The notes under the pieces are model-generated. The model was not told the origin of the DNA, did no database searches, and worked only from the letters and a program-made list of their open reading frames with translations. A stretch of DNA of 64,000 nt from an uncultured bacterium (GTDB lineage Bacteria; Acidobacteriota; HRBIN11; JAKEFK01). The position numbers were made by a program, and so were the translations under genes. Shown piece after piece: positions 41,102-51,269 of this stretch; positions within the stretch are counted from its first letter, which is position 1, and every line of letters starts with the position of its first letter. The stretch is taken from positions 384,001-448,000 of the forward strand of contig CAVZQN010000003.1 of NCBI GenBank assembly GCA_963777505.1. The letters are read 5' to 3'.

Positions 41102-41172
41102 TGGGGAGTAGCCAAGCGGCAAGGCACGGGTCTTTGGAATCCGCATCGAAGGTTCGAATCCTTCCTCCCCAG
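41102..41172 (+). tRNA. tRNA-Gln (TTG), CCA not encoded
   Basis: Acceptor TGGGGAG/CTCCCCA, anticodon arm CGGGT-CTTTGGA-ATCCG, T-loop GGTTCGAATCC. Confidence 0.95.
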
Positions 41173-41205
41173 CTTGAAATTGGGTTGAGGTCGTAATTAG
41201 CAATT

Positions 41206-42141
41206 ATGGATCGTTGTAAAGTTTTTACAGGAAATGCAAATCCCGCATTGGCGGAAGAAGTGTGTTCGTATTTGCAAATTCCACTTGGAAAATCGCAATT
41301 AACCCGCTTCAGCGACGGTGAATCTTATTTTCAAATCCTTGAAAATGTTCGAGGAGTTGATGTCTTTGTAATTCAATCCACTTGTTCTCCCGTGAATACG
41401 AATCTAATGGAACTCTTAATCATGATTGATGCGTTTAAGAGAGCATCCGCAGGCCGTATTACTTCAGTGATTCCTTATTATGGTTATGCGCGGCAGGACC
41501 GAAAAGATAAGCCGCGAGTTCCAATTACATCCCGTCTTGCAGCCGACCTAATCAGTATGGCCGGAGCCAATCGCGTTCTGGCTATGGATTTACATGCGAA
41601 TCAGATTGTAGGCTTTTTCAATATACCGGCCGATCATCTATATGCCGCCCCTGTAATATTGAAATACATATTAGAACAAGATTTCAAAAATTTAACGATT
41701 GTTTCTCCGGATGCAGGCGGAGTTGAGCGTGCGCGCGCTTTCGCAGTTCGTTTAAACGCGCAACTTGCAATAGTTGATAAACGTCGTGTAGGTCCTAATA
41801 TTGCCGAAGTCATGAATGTAATTGGTGATGTTAAGGGAAGGACATGCGTGGTTGTCGATGACATTATTGATACTGCTGGCACGTTAGCAAATACTGCAAA
41901 AACCTTGAAAGAACAAGGAGCTGACCGGATTTATGCTACCGCTTCTCACGCTGTTTTGAGTGGCCCTGCAATTAAGAGACTTGAGGATTCGCCACTTGAA
42001 AAAATAGTTGTAACCAACACAATTCCGCTAACACCGGAAAAGCAGATCAGTAAAATCATTCAACTTTCGGTTGCTGAACTTCTTGCAAGAGCAATCACAA
42101 ATATTCATAAGGAATTATCTGTTAGCGAACTTTTTGTATAG
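41206..42141 (+). CDS. prs: ribose-phosphate pyrophosphokinase
   Basis: FSDGE, YYGYARQDRK, DLHA.QI, VSPDAGG, VDDIIDTAGT. Confidence 0.98.
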   Translation: MDRCKVFTGNANPALAEEVCSYLQIPLGKSQLTRFSDGESYFQILENVRGVDVFVIQSTCSPVNTNLMELLIMIDAFKRASAGRITSVIPYYGYARQDRKDKPRVPITSRLAADLISMAGANRVLAMDLHANQIVGFFNIPADHLYAAPVILKYILEQDFKNLTIVSPDAGGVERARAFAVRLNAQLAIVDKRRVGPNIAEVMNVIGDVKGRTCVVVDDIIDTAGTLANTAKTLKEQGADRIYATASHAVLSGPAIKRLEDSPLEKIVVTNTIPLTPEKQISKIIQLSVAELLARAITNIHKELSVSELFV

Positions 42142-42187
42142 CATTGCCGGCGTGCTTTAGCCGGTAAAACGAAATGGAGTAAATGTT

Positions 42188-42868
42188 ATGGATCAGATTA
42201 CAGTTCAAAGCAATGTGCGTGAGGCGACAGGAAAAGGTCCGAATCGCCGCTTGCGCGTTGTCGGAAGGATACCTGCGGTGCTTTATGGCCATAAGAGCCA
42301 GAATGTTGCACTCGATGTGGATCCGAAAGAAATTTTCAAAATTCTAAATTCAGAATCGGGTGAAAATACAATTTTCCTGCTTCAGGTTCCTGGACGCGAA
42401 CTTGTTAATTGTTTGATCAAGGAATATCAGCTTGAACCTGTATCGCACAGCCTTCTTCATGCTGACTTTTATGAAGTTGCCATGGATGAAGTTCTTGAAG
42501 TAGATGTGCCTCTCGAAGTTATTGGCGAATCCTATGGCGTGAAAGTAGAAGGTGGTTTGCTGGACATTGTTCACCGTGAATTACGCGTTGAGTGTCTGCC
42601 CGGAGACATACCAGACAATATTGAAGTTGATGTCACTGAACTCAAGATCGGCGATTTAGTTCGCGTTCGTGATCTTAAGATAAGCGACAAAATAAAAATA
42701 CTGGATGATCCGGAAACGGTGGTTGTTGCAGTGGAACATCCTCGCGAAGAAGAACCTGTCGCGACCGCAGCAGTTCCTGGAACAGAAGCTGAACAAGAAC
42801 CGGAAGTAATCAAGAAGGGTAAAGCTGCTGAACCTGAAGAAGGCGAGGAAGAAGAAGAGAAGAAATAA
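42188..42868 (+). CDS. rplY: 50S ribosomal protein L25/Ctc
   Basis: RRLR..G.IPAVLYG, HADF, G...GG.L, acidic tail. Confidence 0.95.
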   Translation: MDQITVQSNVREATGKGPNRRLRVVGRIPAVLYGHKSQNVALDVDPKEIFKILNSESGENTIFLLQVPGRELVNCLIKEYQLEPVSHSLLHADFYEVAMDEVLEVDVPLEVIGESYGVKVEGGLLDIVHRELRVECLPGDIPDNIEVDVTELKIGDLVRVRDLKISDKIKILDDPETVVVAVEHPREEEPVATAAVPGTEAEQEPEVIKKGKAAEPEEGEEEEEKK

Positions 42869-42903
42869 CGCGATGTGGGATGCGCGATGCGTGATGCGGG
42901 ATG
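42869..42903 (+). repeat. heptamer tandem repeat 5x YGBGATG filling the rplY-pth gap
   Basis: cgcgatg tgggatg cgcgatg cgtgatg cgggATG; last ATG is the pth start. Confidence 0.85.
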
Positions 42904-43482
42904 ATAAGGTTGATAGCGGGACTGGGAAATCCTGGCGAAAAGTACGAACAAACACGCCACAATATCGGATTTCGTGCGACAGACCGATTGCTTGAAATTT
43001 CACCGCCGCGAAGTGAACGCCTGTTCAAACAAGCATTGCTTTATGAAACAGAGCGTTTTGGATTCATTTGTAAGCCGCTGACATTTATGAATCGCAGCGG
43101 CAAACCTTTACAGGATCTTGCCTCGGAATTGATGATTGATCCGAATCATATCCTGATAGTTTATGATGATTTTGCATTAGAGCTTGGTTTGTTGAGGATC
43201 CGCGAACGGGGTAGCGCAGGTGGTCATAATGGGTTACAATCCATCATCGATCACTTCGGTACGACCGAAATTCCAAGGATCCGTCTCGGTATCAAGACAG
43301 AAGAAATGGAAGATTGGGCCGATTTTGTGCTTGGAAAATTCAAACGTTCCGAGCAAAAAATAGTCGAAGAAATGTTAGATTTGTCATCTGAGGCCGTAGA
43401 CCTTACACTTACAAATGGAATTACGGCCGCAATGAACCGTTTTAACCGAAAGCAAAAGCAGGACAACGGATCTAATTCCTGA
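42901..43482 (+). CDS. pth: peptidyl-tRNA hydrolase
   Basis: GLGNPG..Y..TRHNIGF, KPLTFMN.SG, GGHNGL. Confidence 0.97.
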   Translation: MIRLIAGLGNPGEKYEQTRHNIGFRATDRLLEISPPRSERLFKQALLYETERFGFICKPLTFMNRSGKPLQDLASELMIDPNHILIVYDDFALELGLLRIRERGSAGGHNGLQSIIDHFGTTEIPRIRLGIKTEEMEDWADFVLGKFKRSEQKIVEEMLDLSSEAVDLTLTNGITAAMNRFNRKQKQDNGSNS

Positions 43483-43493
43483 AAGCCAGCCTT

Positions 43494-43574
43494 TGCTCCT
43501 TGTTGTTGCCTCGAGGGGTAACAGCGAACTCTGCGGAATAAAATCCGTAGAAGAACCGAAAGGAGGATTCTGTG
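43494..43574 (+). promoter_or_regulatory. S6:S18 ribosomal protein leader (autoregulatory RNA)
   Basis: CTCCTT pairs with the SD AAGGAG; unpaired CCG just before the SD; two inner hairpins; directly upstream of rpsF. Confidence 0.7.
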
Positions 43575-44100
43575 AATCATTACGAATTAATGGTGATTTA
43601 TTCACCAAGCCTCACTGAAGATGAACAACGTCAACAGTTTACCCAGGTAGAAGAACTGTTGAATCATGAAAATGCCCGAATGAATTGGGTCGATCATTGG
43701 GGTAAACGCAAACTTGCTTATCCTGTCAAGAAACAACGCCAGGGCTTCTATGATTGGTTTTATTTTGAACTGGATCCTGGTCGTATTTCTGAAATTGATC
43801 GCAAATTGAAAATGTCTGAAGTCATTTTGCGCTTCATGATTATCAAAATGGAAAAGATTCAGGTTCAGAATTTATTTCGAGAAATTGAACGAAAGACTCA
43901 AGCTGCCCAACCTGCACCAGTTGAAACTGCTCCTACACCTGTCACCTTCACCTGCACCAGCAGCGCCTGTTGAAGAAGTTGTACCCGAACCAGAAACTCC
44001 GGTCGCCGAAGCTCCTGCTCCTACTCCTGCTTCTCCTGAAGCTGAAGCTGTGGCAGAAACGGCAACGGAACCAGCCGTTGAACCTGAGAAGGAAGCATAA
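43572..44100 (+). CDS. rpsF: 30S ribosomal protein S6 with long Pro/Glu/Ala-rich tail (apparent +1 frameshift near 43941)
   Basis: YELMVI..P, WG.RKLAY, VILRF; the tail continues in the 43885..44100 frame to a stop just before the rpsR RBS. Confidence 0.93.
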
Positions 44101-44109
44101 GGAGGAGAT

Positions 44110-44397
44110 ATGCCAGAAAGAGATCGAAGAGGAATGCAGGATAAAGATCAACGTCAACAAGGAGGCGAGGGCGGTCGCCGATACTTCTATCGAAGAAAAA
44201 GAGTCTGCCGCTTCTGCGCTGAAAAAATGGACTTTATCGACTTTAAAGATATCTCCTTGCTTCAAAGTTTTGTCCCTGAACGAGGCAGAATTATGCCACG
44301 CCGTATTACAGGAACCTGTGCATGGCACCAGCGAAAACTGAGCACGGCACTCAAAAGAGCGCGCATCGCTGCGCTGATTCCATACGTAGGAGTATAG
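44110..44397 (+). CDS. rpsR: 30S ribosomal protein S18 (Zn-binding CxxC form)
   Basis: [27 protein letters not shown]. Confidence 0.97.
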   Translation: MPERDRRGMQDKDQRQQGGEGGRRYFYRRKRVCRFCAEKMDFIDFKDISLLQSFVPERGRIMPRRITGTCAWHQRKLSTALKRARIAALIPYVGV

Positions 44398-44401
44398 TAC
44401 T

Positions 44402-44845
44402 ATGAAGCTAGTATTACTTGAAGATGTTGATAAGCTTGGAAAACGCGGAGCAATCGTAAGCGTAAAAAACGGTTACGGGCGAAATTTTTTAATCCCTCGA
44501 AAACTGGCAGCACCAGCAACCGATGGAAATCTCAAGCAAATTGAGTTGGAAGCAAAAAAGTTTAAAGTCCGTGAAGCAAAAGAAGAACAAGATGCGCTTT
44601 CGATGAAAGGTGATCTCGAAAAGGTTTCTCTGACAATTCCTATGAAGGCAGGAGAAGCTGATGTTCTTTTCGGTTCTGTAACTGCCGCTGATATTGCTAC
44701 AGCGTTAGAGAAAGAAGGCTACACGATCGATAAACGAAAGATTGAAATTGACGAACCGATTAAACGCCTCGGTGTTTATCATGTCCCAGTCCGTTTATAT
44801 AGAAGCATCAATGCTGAAATAAAAGTCTGGGTCGTCAAGGAATAA
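44402..44845 (+). CDS. rplI: 50S ribosomal protein L9
   Basis: LG..G..V.VK.GYGRNFL.P, LFGSVT, PIK.LG. Confidence 0.97.
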   Translation: MKLVLLEDVDKLGKRGAIVSVKNGYGRNFLIPRKLAAPATDGNLKQIELEAKKFKVREAKEEQDALSMKGDLEKVSLTIPMKAGEADVLFGSVTAADIATALEKEGYTIDKRKIEIDEPIKRLGVYHVPVRLYRSINAEIKVWVVKE

Positions 44846-44910
44846 AAGTTCTCTGTGACTCTGCGGTAAAAATTAAGCTATAATGATCGACGCTTGCTAA
44901 GAGTTCTATC

Positions 44911-46245
44911 ATGGCCGTTGATCTCATCACCGAAAGGGGACTACCTCACAATCTTGATGCTGAGCGATCTGTCCTTGGCGCCATCATTCTCGACAATGAA
45001 TCCATTTACCAGATTCTTGATGTTTTAAAATCAGAAGATTTTTACGCAGAAAATCACAAAGTCCTTTTCGAGCGTATCACCGAAATGGTGACTGTTTCCC
45101 GGGCAATCGATCTTGTGACACTGCGTGAAGAGCTGGCACGTACCGGTGAACTCGAACAAATCGGCGGCATTCCATATATTGCATCGCTGATTGATACTCT
45201 TCCAACATCCCGCAATATTCTGCATTACAGCCAGATCATCAAAGAAAAAGCTGTCTTGAGGCGTCTAATTCGTGCAGGTTATGACATTATCGATTCCTGT
45301 TACAGACAAGAAGAAGAAACGGTCGAAATTCTTAATAGTGCAGAACGAAGTATTTTTGCAATCGCAGAAGATCGGATCCGTGTCGGATTTCAATCATTAA
45401 AAGATCTGGCCGATAGTGCATGGAACCGGATCAACTTCATTCATGAAAATCCAGGAGTTTTAACTGGTCTTGAAACGGGATTTTCAGATCTCGATCAGCT
45501 TACATCAGGATTGCAACCAGCCGATTTGATTATCGTTGCCGGACGTCCATCTATGGGAAAAACTGCCCTCGCGATGAACATTGCTCAACATGTTGGAGTG
45601 CGGCTAAAAAAGACTGTCGGGGTTTTTAGTCTTGAAATGTCACGAGATCAATTAATGTTGCGATTCTTATGTTCAGAAGCAAGATTAGATTCACATCGAT
45701 TGAAAGTCGGTGGCTTCACACGCGATGAATGGTCCAGATTAATGCGAACAATGGCTGTGTTAAGTGAAGCAAAAGTATTTCTAGATGATTCAAGCTCATC
45801 AACTCCTATTGAAATGGGAGCAAAAGCCCGAAGATTAAAAGCAGAACATGGATTGGATCTTATTATTATCGATTATTTGCAAATGATGCGGATGAAAGGC
45901 CGTTACGATAATCGTCAGCAAGAAATAACAGCGATTTCCCGGTCGCTGAAAGAACTGGCAAAAGAATTAAATGTACCAGTGATTGCATTATCTCAGCTGC
46001 ATCGTGGCCCTGAAACGAGAGGGAAGGATCATCGACCTATGCTTTCCGATCTTCGTGAGTCAGGAGCCATTGAACAAGATGCGGACGTTGTGTGTTTTAT
46101 CTATCGCGAAGAAGTCTATGAACCTACTGAAGAAAACCGCGGGCTTGCCGAAATTCTTGTGCGCAAACAGCGCAATGGCCCCATTGGAGACATCGAATTG
46201 GTTTTCTTGAAGGAATACACGCGATTTGAAAACAAGTATAAGTAA
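44911..46245 (+). CDS. dnaB: replicative DNA helicase
   Basis: PHNLDAE, GRPSMGKT, FSLEM, IDYLQ, LSQL, DLRESGAIEQDAD; no intein. Confidence 0.98.
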   Translation: MAVDLITERGLPHNLDAERSVLGAIILDNESIYQILDVLKSEDFYAENHKVLFERITEMVTVSRAIDLVTLREELARTGELEQIGGIPYIASLIDTLPTSRNILHYSQIIKEKAVLRRLIRAGYDIIDSCYRQEEETVEILNSAERSIFAIAEDRIRVGFQSLKDLADSAWNRINFIHENPGVLTGLETGFSDLDQLTSGLQPADLIIVAGRPSMGKTALAMNIAQHVGVRLKKTVGVFSLEMSRDQLMLRFLCSEARLDSHRLKVGGFTRDEWSRLMRTMAVLSEAKVFLDDSSSSTPIEMGAKARRLKAEHGLDLIIIDYLQMMRMKGRYDNRQQEITAISRSLKELAKELNVPVIALSQLHRGPETRGKDHRPMLSDLRESGAIEQDADVVCFIYREEVYEPTEENRGLAEILVRKQRNGPIGDIELVFLKEYTRFENKYK

Positions 46246-47361
46246 CCTTCCGCTGCAGCGTCCTACATGGGCAGAAGTAGATCTAGACGCTCTTCATTCC
46301 AATACATTAAAAATTCTGAAGAAGGTAGCGCCTGGCGAGAATTCTCGCCGTCGTTAAAGCCGATGGTTACGGACATGGAGCTCTGGCTATCGCTCGTGAA
46401 CTTGCCAAAACAGGTGTTGCTTATTTTGGAACTGCAACTGTTGAAGAAGCAATTGAAATTCGGGACGCTGGAATTAAAACACCACTTGTCGTACTGGGGG
46501 CGATGACCCCGGAACAATTGCCAATTTTGAATCAATACGATTTTTATCCAAGTGTTCATACCCTTAATTTCTATGAAGCTCTTTCTGCATTTGTTCGCGA
46601 CAACAGACCTGTTGATGTCCATTTAAAAGTTGATACTGGAATGGGACGCCTTGGAATGTCTGAGAATGATGCTGCAAGAATTTTGCAAAATCCAGCAAAG
46701 GGTATTCATATTCAAGGACTCTTTACTCATTTTGCATGCGCTGATATTCCAAATGACGAAACCATGCATGCCCAGATCGATCGATTCAATTCATTTCTGC
46801 AATCTTTTGGTTCAGGCGTTCCGGATATTCATGCTGCCAACAGCGCGGCAATCCTGAATTATCCAGAAAGTCATTACAATCTGGTGAGGCCAGGCCTGCT
46901 CCTGTATGGACTTTCACCGATGGATGATACAACGTCAGATCTACAGCCGGTGCTATCTTTAAAAAGCAAAATCATTTCATTGCGACAAATTAGCACAGGA
47001 CAAAGTATCGGATATGGCAGAACGTTTGTAGCAAAGACGTGATACAAGAATTGCAACTGTTCCTATCGGTTATAGCGATGGCTTGCGCAGACGTCTTTCC
47101 AACAAATTACAAGTAGAAGTAAAAGGGAAAATGTGTCCCATTGTAGGAAACATAAGCATGGATCTTTGCATGTTGGATATTACCGATTTACCTGAAGTAG
47201 ATTTGTATGACACAGTTACATTCCTTGGATCTAGAATTACGGCATGGGATTGGGCTCGTTTGTTGGATTCCATTCCTTGGGAAATCTTATGTTTGATTGG
47301 TGCACGTGTACCGCGTGTTTATTTTAAGGATGGTAAGATTGCCGATGTGTACTACCCTTGA
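46226..47361 (+). CDS. alr: alanine racemase (apparent +1 frameshifts near 46334 and 47034)
   Basis: RPTWAEVDL, AVVKADGYGHG, HLKVDTGMGRLG, HAANSAA, VRPG, IGY.DG, SMD; TTG start overlapping dnaB. Confidence 0.9.
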
Positions 47362-47368
47362 GCTATTA

Positions 47369-47498
47369 GTAGTTAGGCACGCAGGCGAAGTCTGCCGAAG
47401 GCAGACGAGCCAGTGCCGTTTCTCTGAGCTCGCTACGACAATATTTCCGATAAGCTTACGGCACTGCCTCGCGTTCGCTCGGCTGCGTGCCTCACTAC
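47369..47498. mobile_element. REPIN-like inverted REP doublet, family B copy 2
   Basis: GTAGTTAGGCACGCAG...CTGCGTGCCTCACTAC with inner CAGTGCCGT/ACGGCACTG. Confidence 0.75.
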
Positions 47499-47502
47499 AA
47501 AC

Positions 47503-48858
47503 ATGAAAAAAAAAGGATCACAGTTTGTTTGCCAGGAATGTGGAGCCATCACTCAAAAGTGGCTTGGAAAATGTCCTGAGTGTAATAACTGGAACACTTT
47601 AGTAGAAGAAAGTGTCGTCGCACGTGAAACCGGAACATGGACTGGTATTACGCAGAGTCATCCAGTTCCACTTGATACCGAAGATCAAACGGTCGATCTT
47701 CCTCGCACGTTAACAGATATTCCCGAATTGGATCGAGTTCTCGGCGGAGGCATCGTCGAAGGTAGTCTTGTATTAATCGGTGGGGATCCAGGAATTGGAA
47801 AGTCTACGTTGATGATGCAACTTGCATACAGTCTTGCATTGAAAAATCGCAAGATCCTGTATGTTTCTGGTGAAGAATCTGAAAATCAAATCCGCCTTCG
47901 CGCTCAAAGGTTGAACGTACATACAGAGAATTTGTATGTTTTTACTGAAACGTGTGTTGAACGGATCCTTCCTGAAGCTGATAAGTTAAACCCTTTCGCA
48001 ATTGTGATCGATTCAATTCAAACGATGTATACGCTTAAAATGGGATCGGTTCCTGGCAGCGTTGGACAGATCCGTGAAACTGCAATGCAGTTTCTTACCT
48101 ATGCAAAACAAAGCAACGTTACAGTCTTTCTTACGGGTCATGTAACAAAAGAAGGGACGATTGCAGGTCCAAGATTGCTTGAGCATCTTGTAGATACTGT
48201 TCTGTATTTTGAAGGTGATAATAAGCAGCTTTTCAGAATCTTACGTGCTGTTAAAAACAGATTTGGATCGATCAATGAGATCGGTGTATTTGAAATGGCT
48301 GAAGCTGGTTTGCTGCCTGTAAAAAATCCGTCACAGATGTTTTTATCGGAACGTCCTTTATCAGCACCCGGATCAGTCGTAATGTCATGTCTGGAAGGAA
48401 CGCGGCCGTTTTTAGTAGAACTGCAAGCACTTGTCACCGAGAGTGCATACGGAACGGCACGTCGAATGGCAATAGGCCTGGATTCTTCACGTGTCGTAAT
48501 GTTAGTTGCTGTACTTGAAAAAAGAATCGGCTACCATCTTGCCGGCCAGGATATTTTTCTTAACGTGGTAGGTGGTCTTTTCATTGAAGATCCTGCTGCT
48601 GATCTCGCAATCTGTGCGGCAGTAGTCTCCAGTCTTCGCAATAAAGCCATCGATCAAAATACAGTGTTTTGCGGCGAAGTAGGCTTAACAGGAGAAATTC
48701 GTTCTATCACACATTTCAATTTGCGAGCATCCGAAGCAAAAAATCTCGGATTTAAACGAATTCTTGCCCCACAGAACTCAAGATACGACTCCGATGGCGT
48801 TGAAATTATCGGCTGCGAAACAGTCAAAGAAGCCCTCAGCTTCCTGAAAAGCCAATAG
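47503..48858 (+). CDS. radA: DNA repair protein RadA/Sms
   Basis: C..CG....W.GKCP.C, GDPGIGKST, KNRFG, GEVGLTGE. Confidence 0.98.
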   Translation: MKKKGSQFVCQECGAITQKWLGKCPECNNWNTLVEESVVARETGTWTGITQSHPVPLDTEDQTVDLPRTLTDIPELDRVLGGGIVEGSLVLIGGDPGIGKSTLMMQLAYSLALKNRKILYVSGEESENQIRLRAQRLNVHTENLYVFTETCVERILPEADKLNPFAIVIDSIQTMYTLKMGSVPGSVGQIRETAMQFLTYAKQSNVTVFLTGHVTKEGTIAGPRLLEHLVDTVLYFEGDNKQLFRILRAVKNRFGSINEIGVFEMAEAGLLPVKNPSQMFLSERPLSAPGSVVMSCLEGTRPFLVELQALVTESAYGTARRMAIGLDSSRVVMLVAVLEKRIGYHLAGQDIFLNVVGGLFIEDPAADLAICAAVVSSLRNKAIDQNTVFCGEVGLTGEIRSITHFNLRASEAKNLGFKRILAPQNSRYDSDGVEIIGCETVKEALSFLKSQ

Positions 48859-48969
48859 TTGATCCAACACGGCATAAAGCAAAAACCCTAAATTTTGCAA
48901 TGATTTCCCGCCTTTTTATATTACAATGTAGACGCATATTAACGATCTAAAAAAGGGGGTGAAGACAAC

Positions 48970-49956
48970 CTGAGCCTATTCTTAAGTAGATTAGTTTTAG
49001 TTGCTTTACTAGCGGTCGCGGGGTATTTCATACAGCCTTTCCAAGCGCCTAGCCGGATTTATGGACTTGCAGCCGGTGCGGTACTTGGAGCGCTTATCAT
49101 CTTTCTCGAAAGCAAAATCAAAAGCGTCGGTCCAAAAACTTTGGTCGGCTCTGTAATTGGTTTAGTTTTCGGTATTATCCTGGCGATGCTGGTCAATTTC
49201 ATTGTAGGAAAGTTGGGATTATCAAAACCAACGAGTACGATTCTTCAAATATTTTCATTTTTCTTCTTCATTTACACCGGATTGCTTCTTGGGAGTAAGA
49301 AGGCGGATTGGTTTGAACCTGCAAACTTGATGGCCCTTTTTGGAGAAAAGGGTGAGAAAAAAAGTTACAAAATTCTTGATACAAGCGTCATTATCGATGG
49401 CCGAATTGCTGATCTTACAGAAACCGGATTCATCGAAGGCACAATTGTAGTGCCACAATTTGTATTAAGGGAACTACAGCATATTGCGGATTCGCCAGAT
49501 TCTTTAAAAAGAAATCGAGGCCGAAGGGGAATTGAAATCCTTCAACGAATGCAGAAAAAACCTGATTTAAATGTGACAATTACGGAAATTGATTTCCCTG
49601 ATATTCCCGAAGTCGATATGAAGTTGATTGAACTTGCAAAACAGTTGAATGCGAAAATTGTGACAAACGATTACAACTTGAACAAAATAGCGCAATTGCA
49701 AGGTGTTCATGTACTCAATATCAATGAGTTGGCAAGTTCCTTACGCCCGGTCGTTTTACCGGGAGAAACAATGAAGGTTTTTATACTCAAAGAAGGTAAG
49801 GAATACAATCAAGGTGTTGCGTATCTCGATGATGGAACTATGGTTGTTGTTGATAATGCAAGAAAGTTAATTGGAAAAAATGTTGAAGTTACTGTAACAA
49901 GTGTCTTGCAAACAACTGTAGGAAAGATGATTTTTGGCAGACATGAAGAAGAATAA
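48970..49956 (+). CDS. YacL-like membrane PIN/TRAM protein; inferred CTG start at 48970
   Basis: [42 protein letters not shown]; open frame with two extra TMs upstream of 49141 and SD GGGGGTGA 7 nt before CTG. Confidence 0.85.
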   Translation: MSLFLSRLVLVALLAVAGYFIQPFQAPSRIYGLAAGAVLGALIIFLESKIKSVGPKTLVGSVIGLVFGIILAMLVNFIVGKLGLSKPTSTILQIFSFFFFIYTGLLLGSKKADWFEPANLMALFGEKGEKKSYKILDTSVIIDGRIADLTETGFIEGTIVVPQFVLRELQHIADSPDSLKRNRGRRGIEILQRMQKKPDLNVTITEIDFPDIPEVDMKLIELAKQLNAKIVTNDYNLNKIAQLQGVHVLNINELASSLRPVVLPGETMKVFILKEGKEYNQGVAYLDDGTMVVVDNARKLIGKNVEVTVTSVLQTTVGKMIFGRHEEE

Positions 49957-49961
49957 ATAAA

Positions 49962-49997
49962 ATGGGGCATCCATCAGGATGCCCCATAACTTTTTTT
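49962..49997. terminator. intrinsic terminator between convergent genes (probably bidirectional)
   Basis: ATGGGGCATCC-atca-GGATGCCCCAT, T7 downstream, A-rich upstream. Confidence 0.85.
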
Positions 49998-50008
49998 CCT
50001 TCGCAGGG

Positions 50009-50728
50009 TCAATCAACTCTCAGTTGATTATCTATAGAAAGAACTCCAATTGTCTGGCGAACTAATGAACCCGCCAGAATCTTGTCACCTTCTGTATCGA
50101 CAAATCCAGTTAATGTCACGCGTCCGCGATCTACAATAATACTCATTGATGGCCGTGCCCCAAGAAAATAATAAAACAGCCGGTCATCATTTCTAAGTCT
50201 TCTGAATATTTGGAGTCGAAGCCGGTCATCATTTTGTGAGGGTGGTAGAACTTCAACCTCATTAACAACCTGTTGAACGCCTGGTACTTCCATGGCAGCT
50301 TCTTCTGCAACATCAAACAAATGCGCAGTTTTGACTTTTCCTTGAATTGTAACAACGCCAGCTTTGGTGCGGACTTCAAGATTGTCAAAAACTCCGCTTG
50401 TAGTTGTTATGTCTTTCCGGATTTTAGCAACTACATCAAGAGTAATTTCTTCGTCCGAACGCTGCATTCCACCGACTTGAATTCTGTTATCGATTTCCGT
50501 CTTCAGTTCTTTCTTGGCTACTTTTCCTGCCTCATATTTGTCCTTTAATGTTGGCGCCAGTCCTTCTAGAACTGCTTTGCCGCCATCGAGGCGCAACTGC
50601 AATCGCTCTATATTCGCTTCTTCCCGGATCTCATTCTGTACCTCATTCAGGTCAGCCCCAAGAACATACGAACATGCGGACAGCAATATTGCAGCTGTAA
50701 TCAAATTTAGTTTACTTATGAACTTCAT
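50009..50728 (-). CDS. secreted multi-BON domain protein
   Basis: Signal peptide; GVVTIQG.V....VPGVQQVVNEV and GRVTLTGFV...GV..IDNQL.V BON motifs. Confidence 0.85.
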   Translation of the reverse strand: MKFISKLNLITAAILLSACSYVLGADLNEVQNEIREEANIERLQLRLDGGKAVLEGLAPTLKDKYEAGKVAKKELKTEIDNRIQVGGMQRSDEEITLDVVAKIRKDITTTSGVFDNLEVRTKAGVVTIQGKVKTAHLFDVAEEAAMEVPGVQQVVNEVEVLPPSQNDDRLRLQIFRRLRNDDRLFYYFLGARPSMSIIVDRGRVTLTGFVDTEGDKILAGSLVRQTIGVLSIDNQLRVD

Positions 50729-50792
50729 AACTCGCTCCTTTCTATTCGCCTCTCCATACCATTATGTGTCCTGACCGAACGTAGTACAAATC

Positions 50793-50830
50793 AGGGAACC
50801 CGGGGCGGTACAAAGACCGCCCGGATTCCC
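50793..50830 (-). terminator. GC-rich hairpin after the His/Tyr-rich gene
   Basis: GGGAACCCGGGGCGGT-acaaag-ACCGCCCGGATTCCC; only a weak U-tract. Confidence 0.55.
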
Positions 50831-50836
50831 AGGTGA

Positions 50837-51232
50837 TTAACGGAAGATGCTGATTCCGAAATGAAACCCACTTTGTGGCCTGTAATAGCTGCCATAATTA
50901 TGTCTTCCACCGTAGTAGTGACATCGGTTATAGCTGCCACGATAATAATGATCGTGCCAGTAATTCGCATATACAGGCGCTGAATAAACCGGCGCTGGCG
51001 CTACATACACGGGCGCATACGAATAATGATGTCTGCCTCCATAGTAGTGACCTTTGTTATAGCGGCCACCGTTATGATGATTGTTCCAATAGTTTACCGG
51101 TGCTCTATAACTCTGGTTGTAACTGTAACCGTTATGGCCACAACCGGAGTAATGACGATGGCCTGCTGAAGCAGTGCCTGCAAAACCCAGGAATAAGGCC
51201 GCGAAAATAAAACCAAAAAATAGCTTCTTCAT
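50837..51232 (-). CDS. small secreted His/Tyr/Gly/Asn-rich protein with an internal repeat
   Basis: Signal peptide ending ASA; GGAGG RBS; two NYW..H...G.YN..HYYGGRH.Y units; C-terminal GFHFGISIFR. Confidence 0.75.
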   Translation of the reverse strand: MKKLFFGFIFAALFLGFAGTASAGHRHYSGCGHNGYSYNQSYRAPVNYWNNHHNGGRYNKGHYYGGRHHYSYAPVYVAPAPVYSAPVYANYWHDHYYRGSYNRCHYYGGRHNYGSYYRPQSGFHFGISIFR

Positions 51233-51269
51233 CGCTTCCTCCCAAACTTATCCTTCGTCTTTTCTGTTG

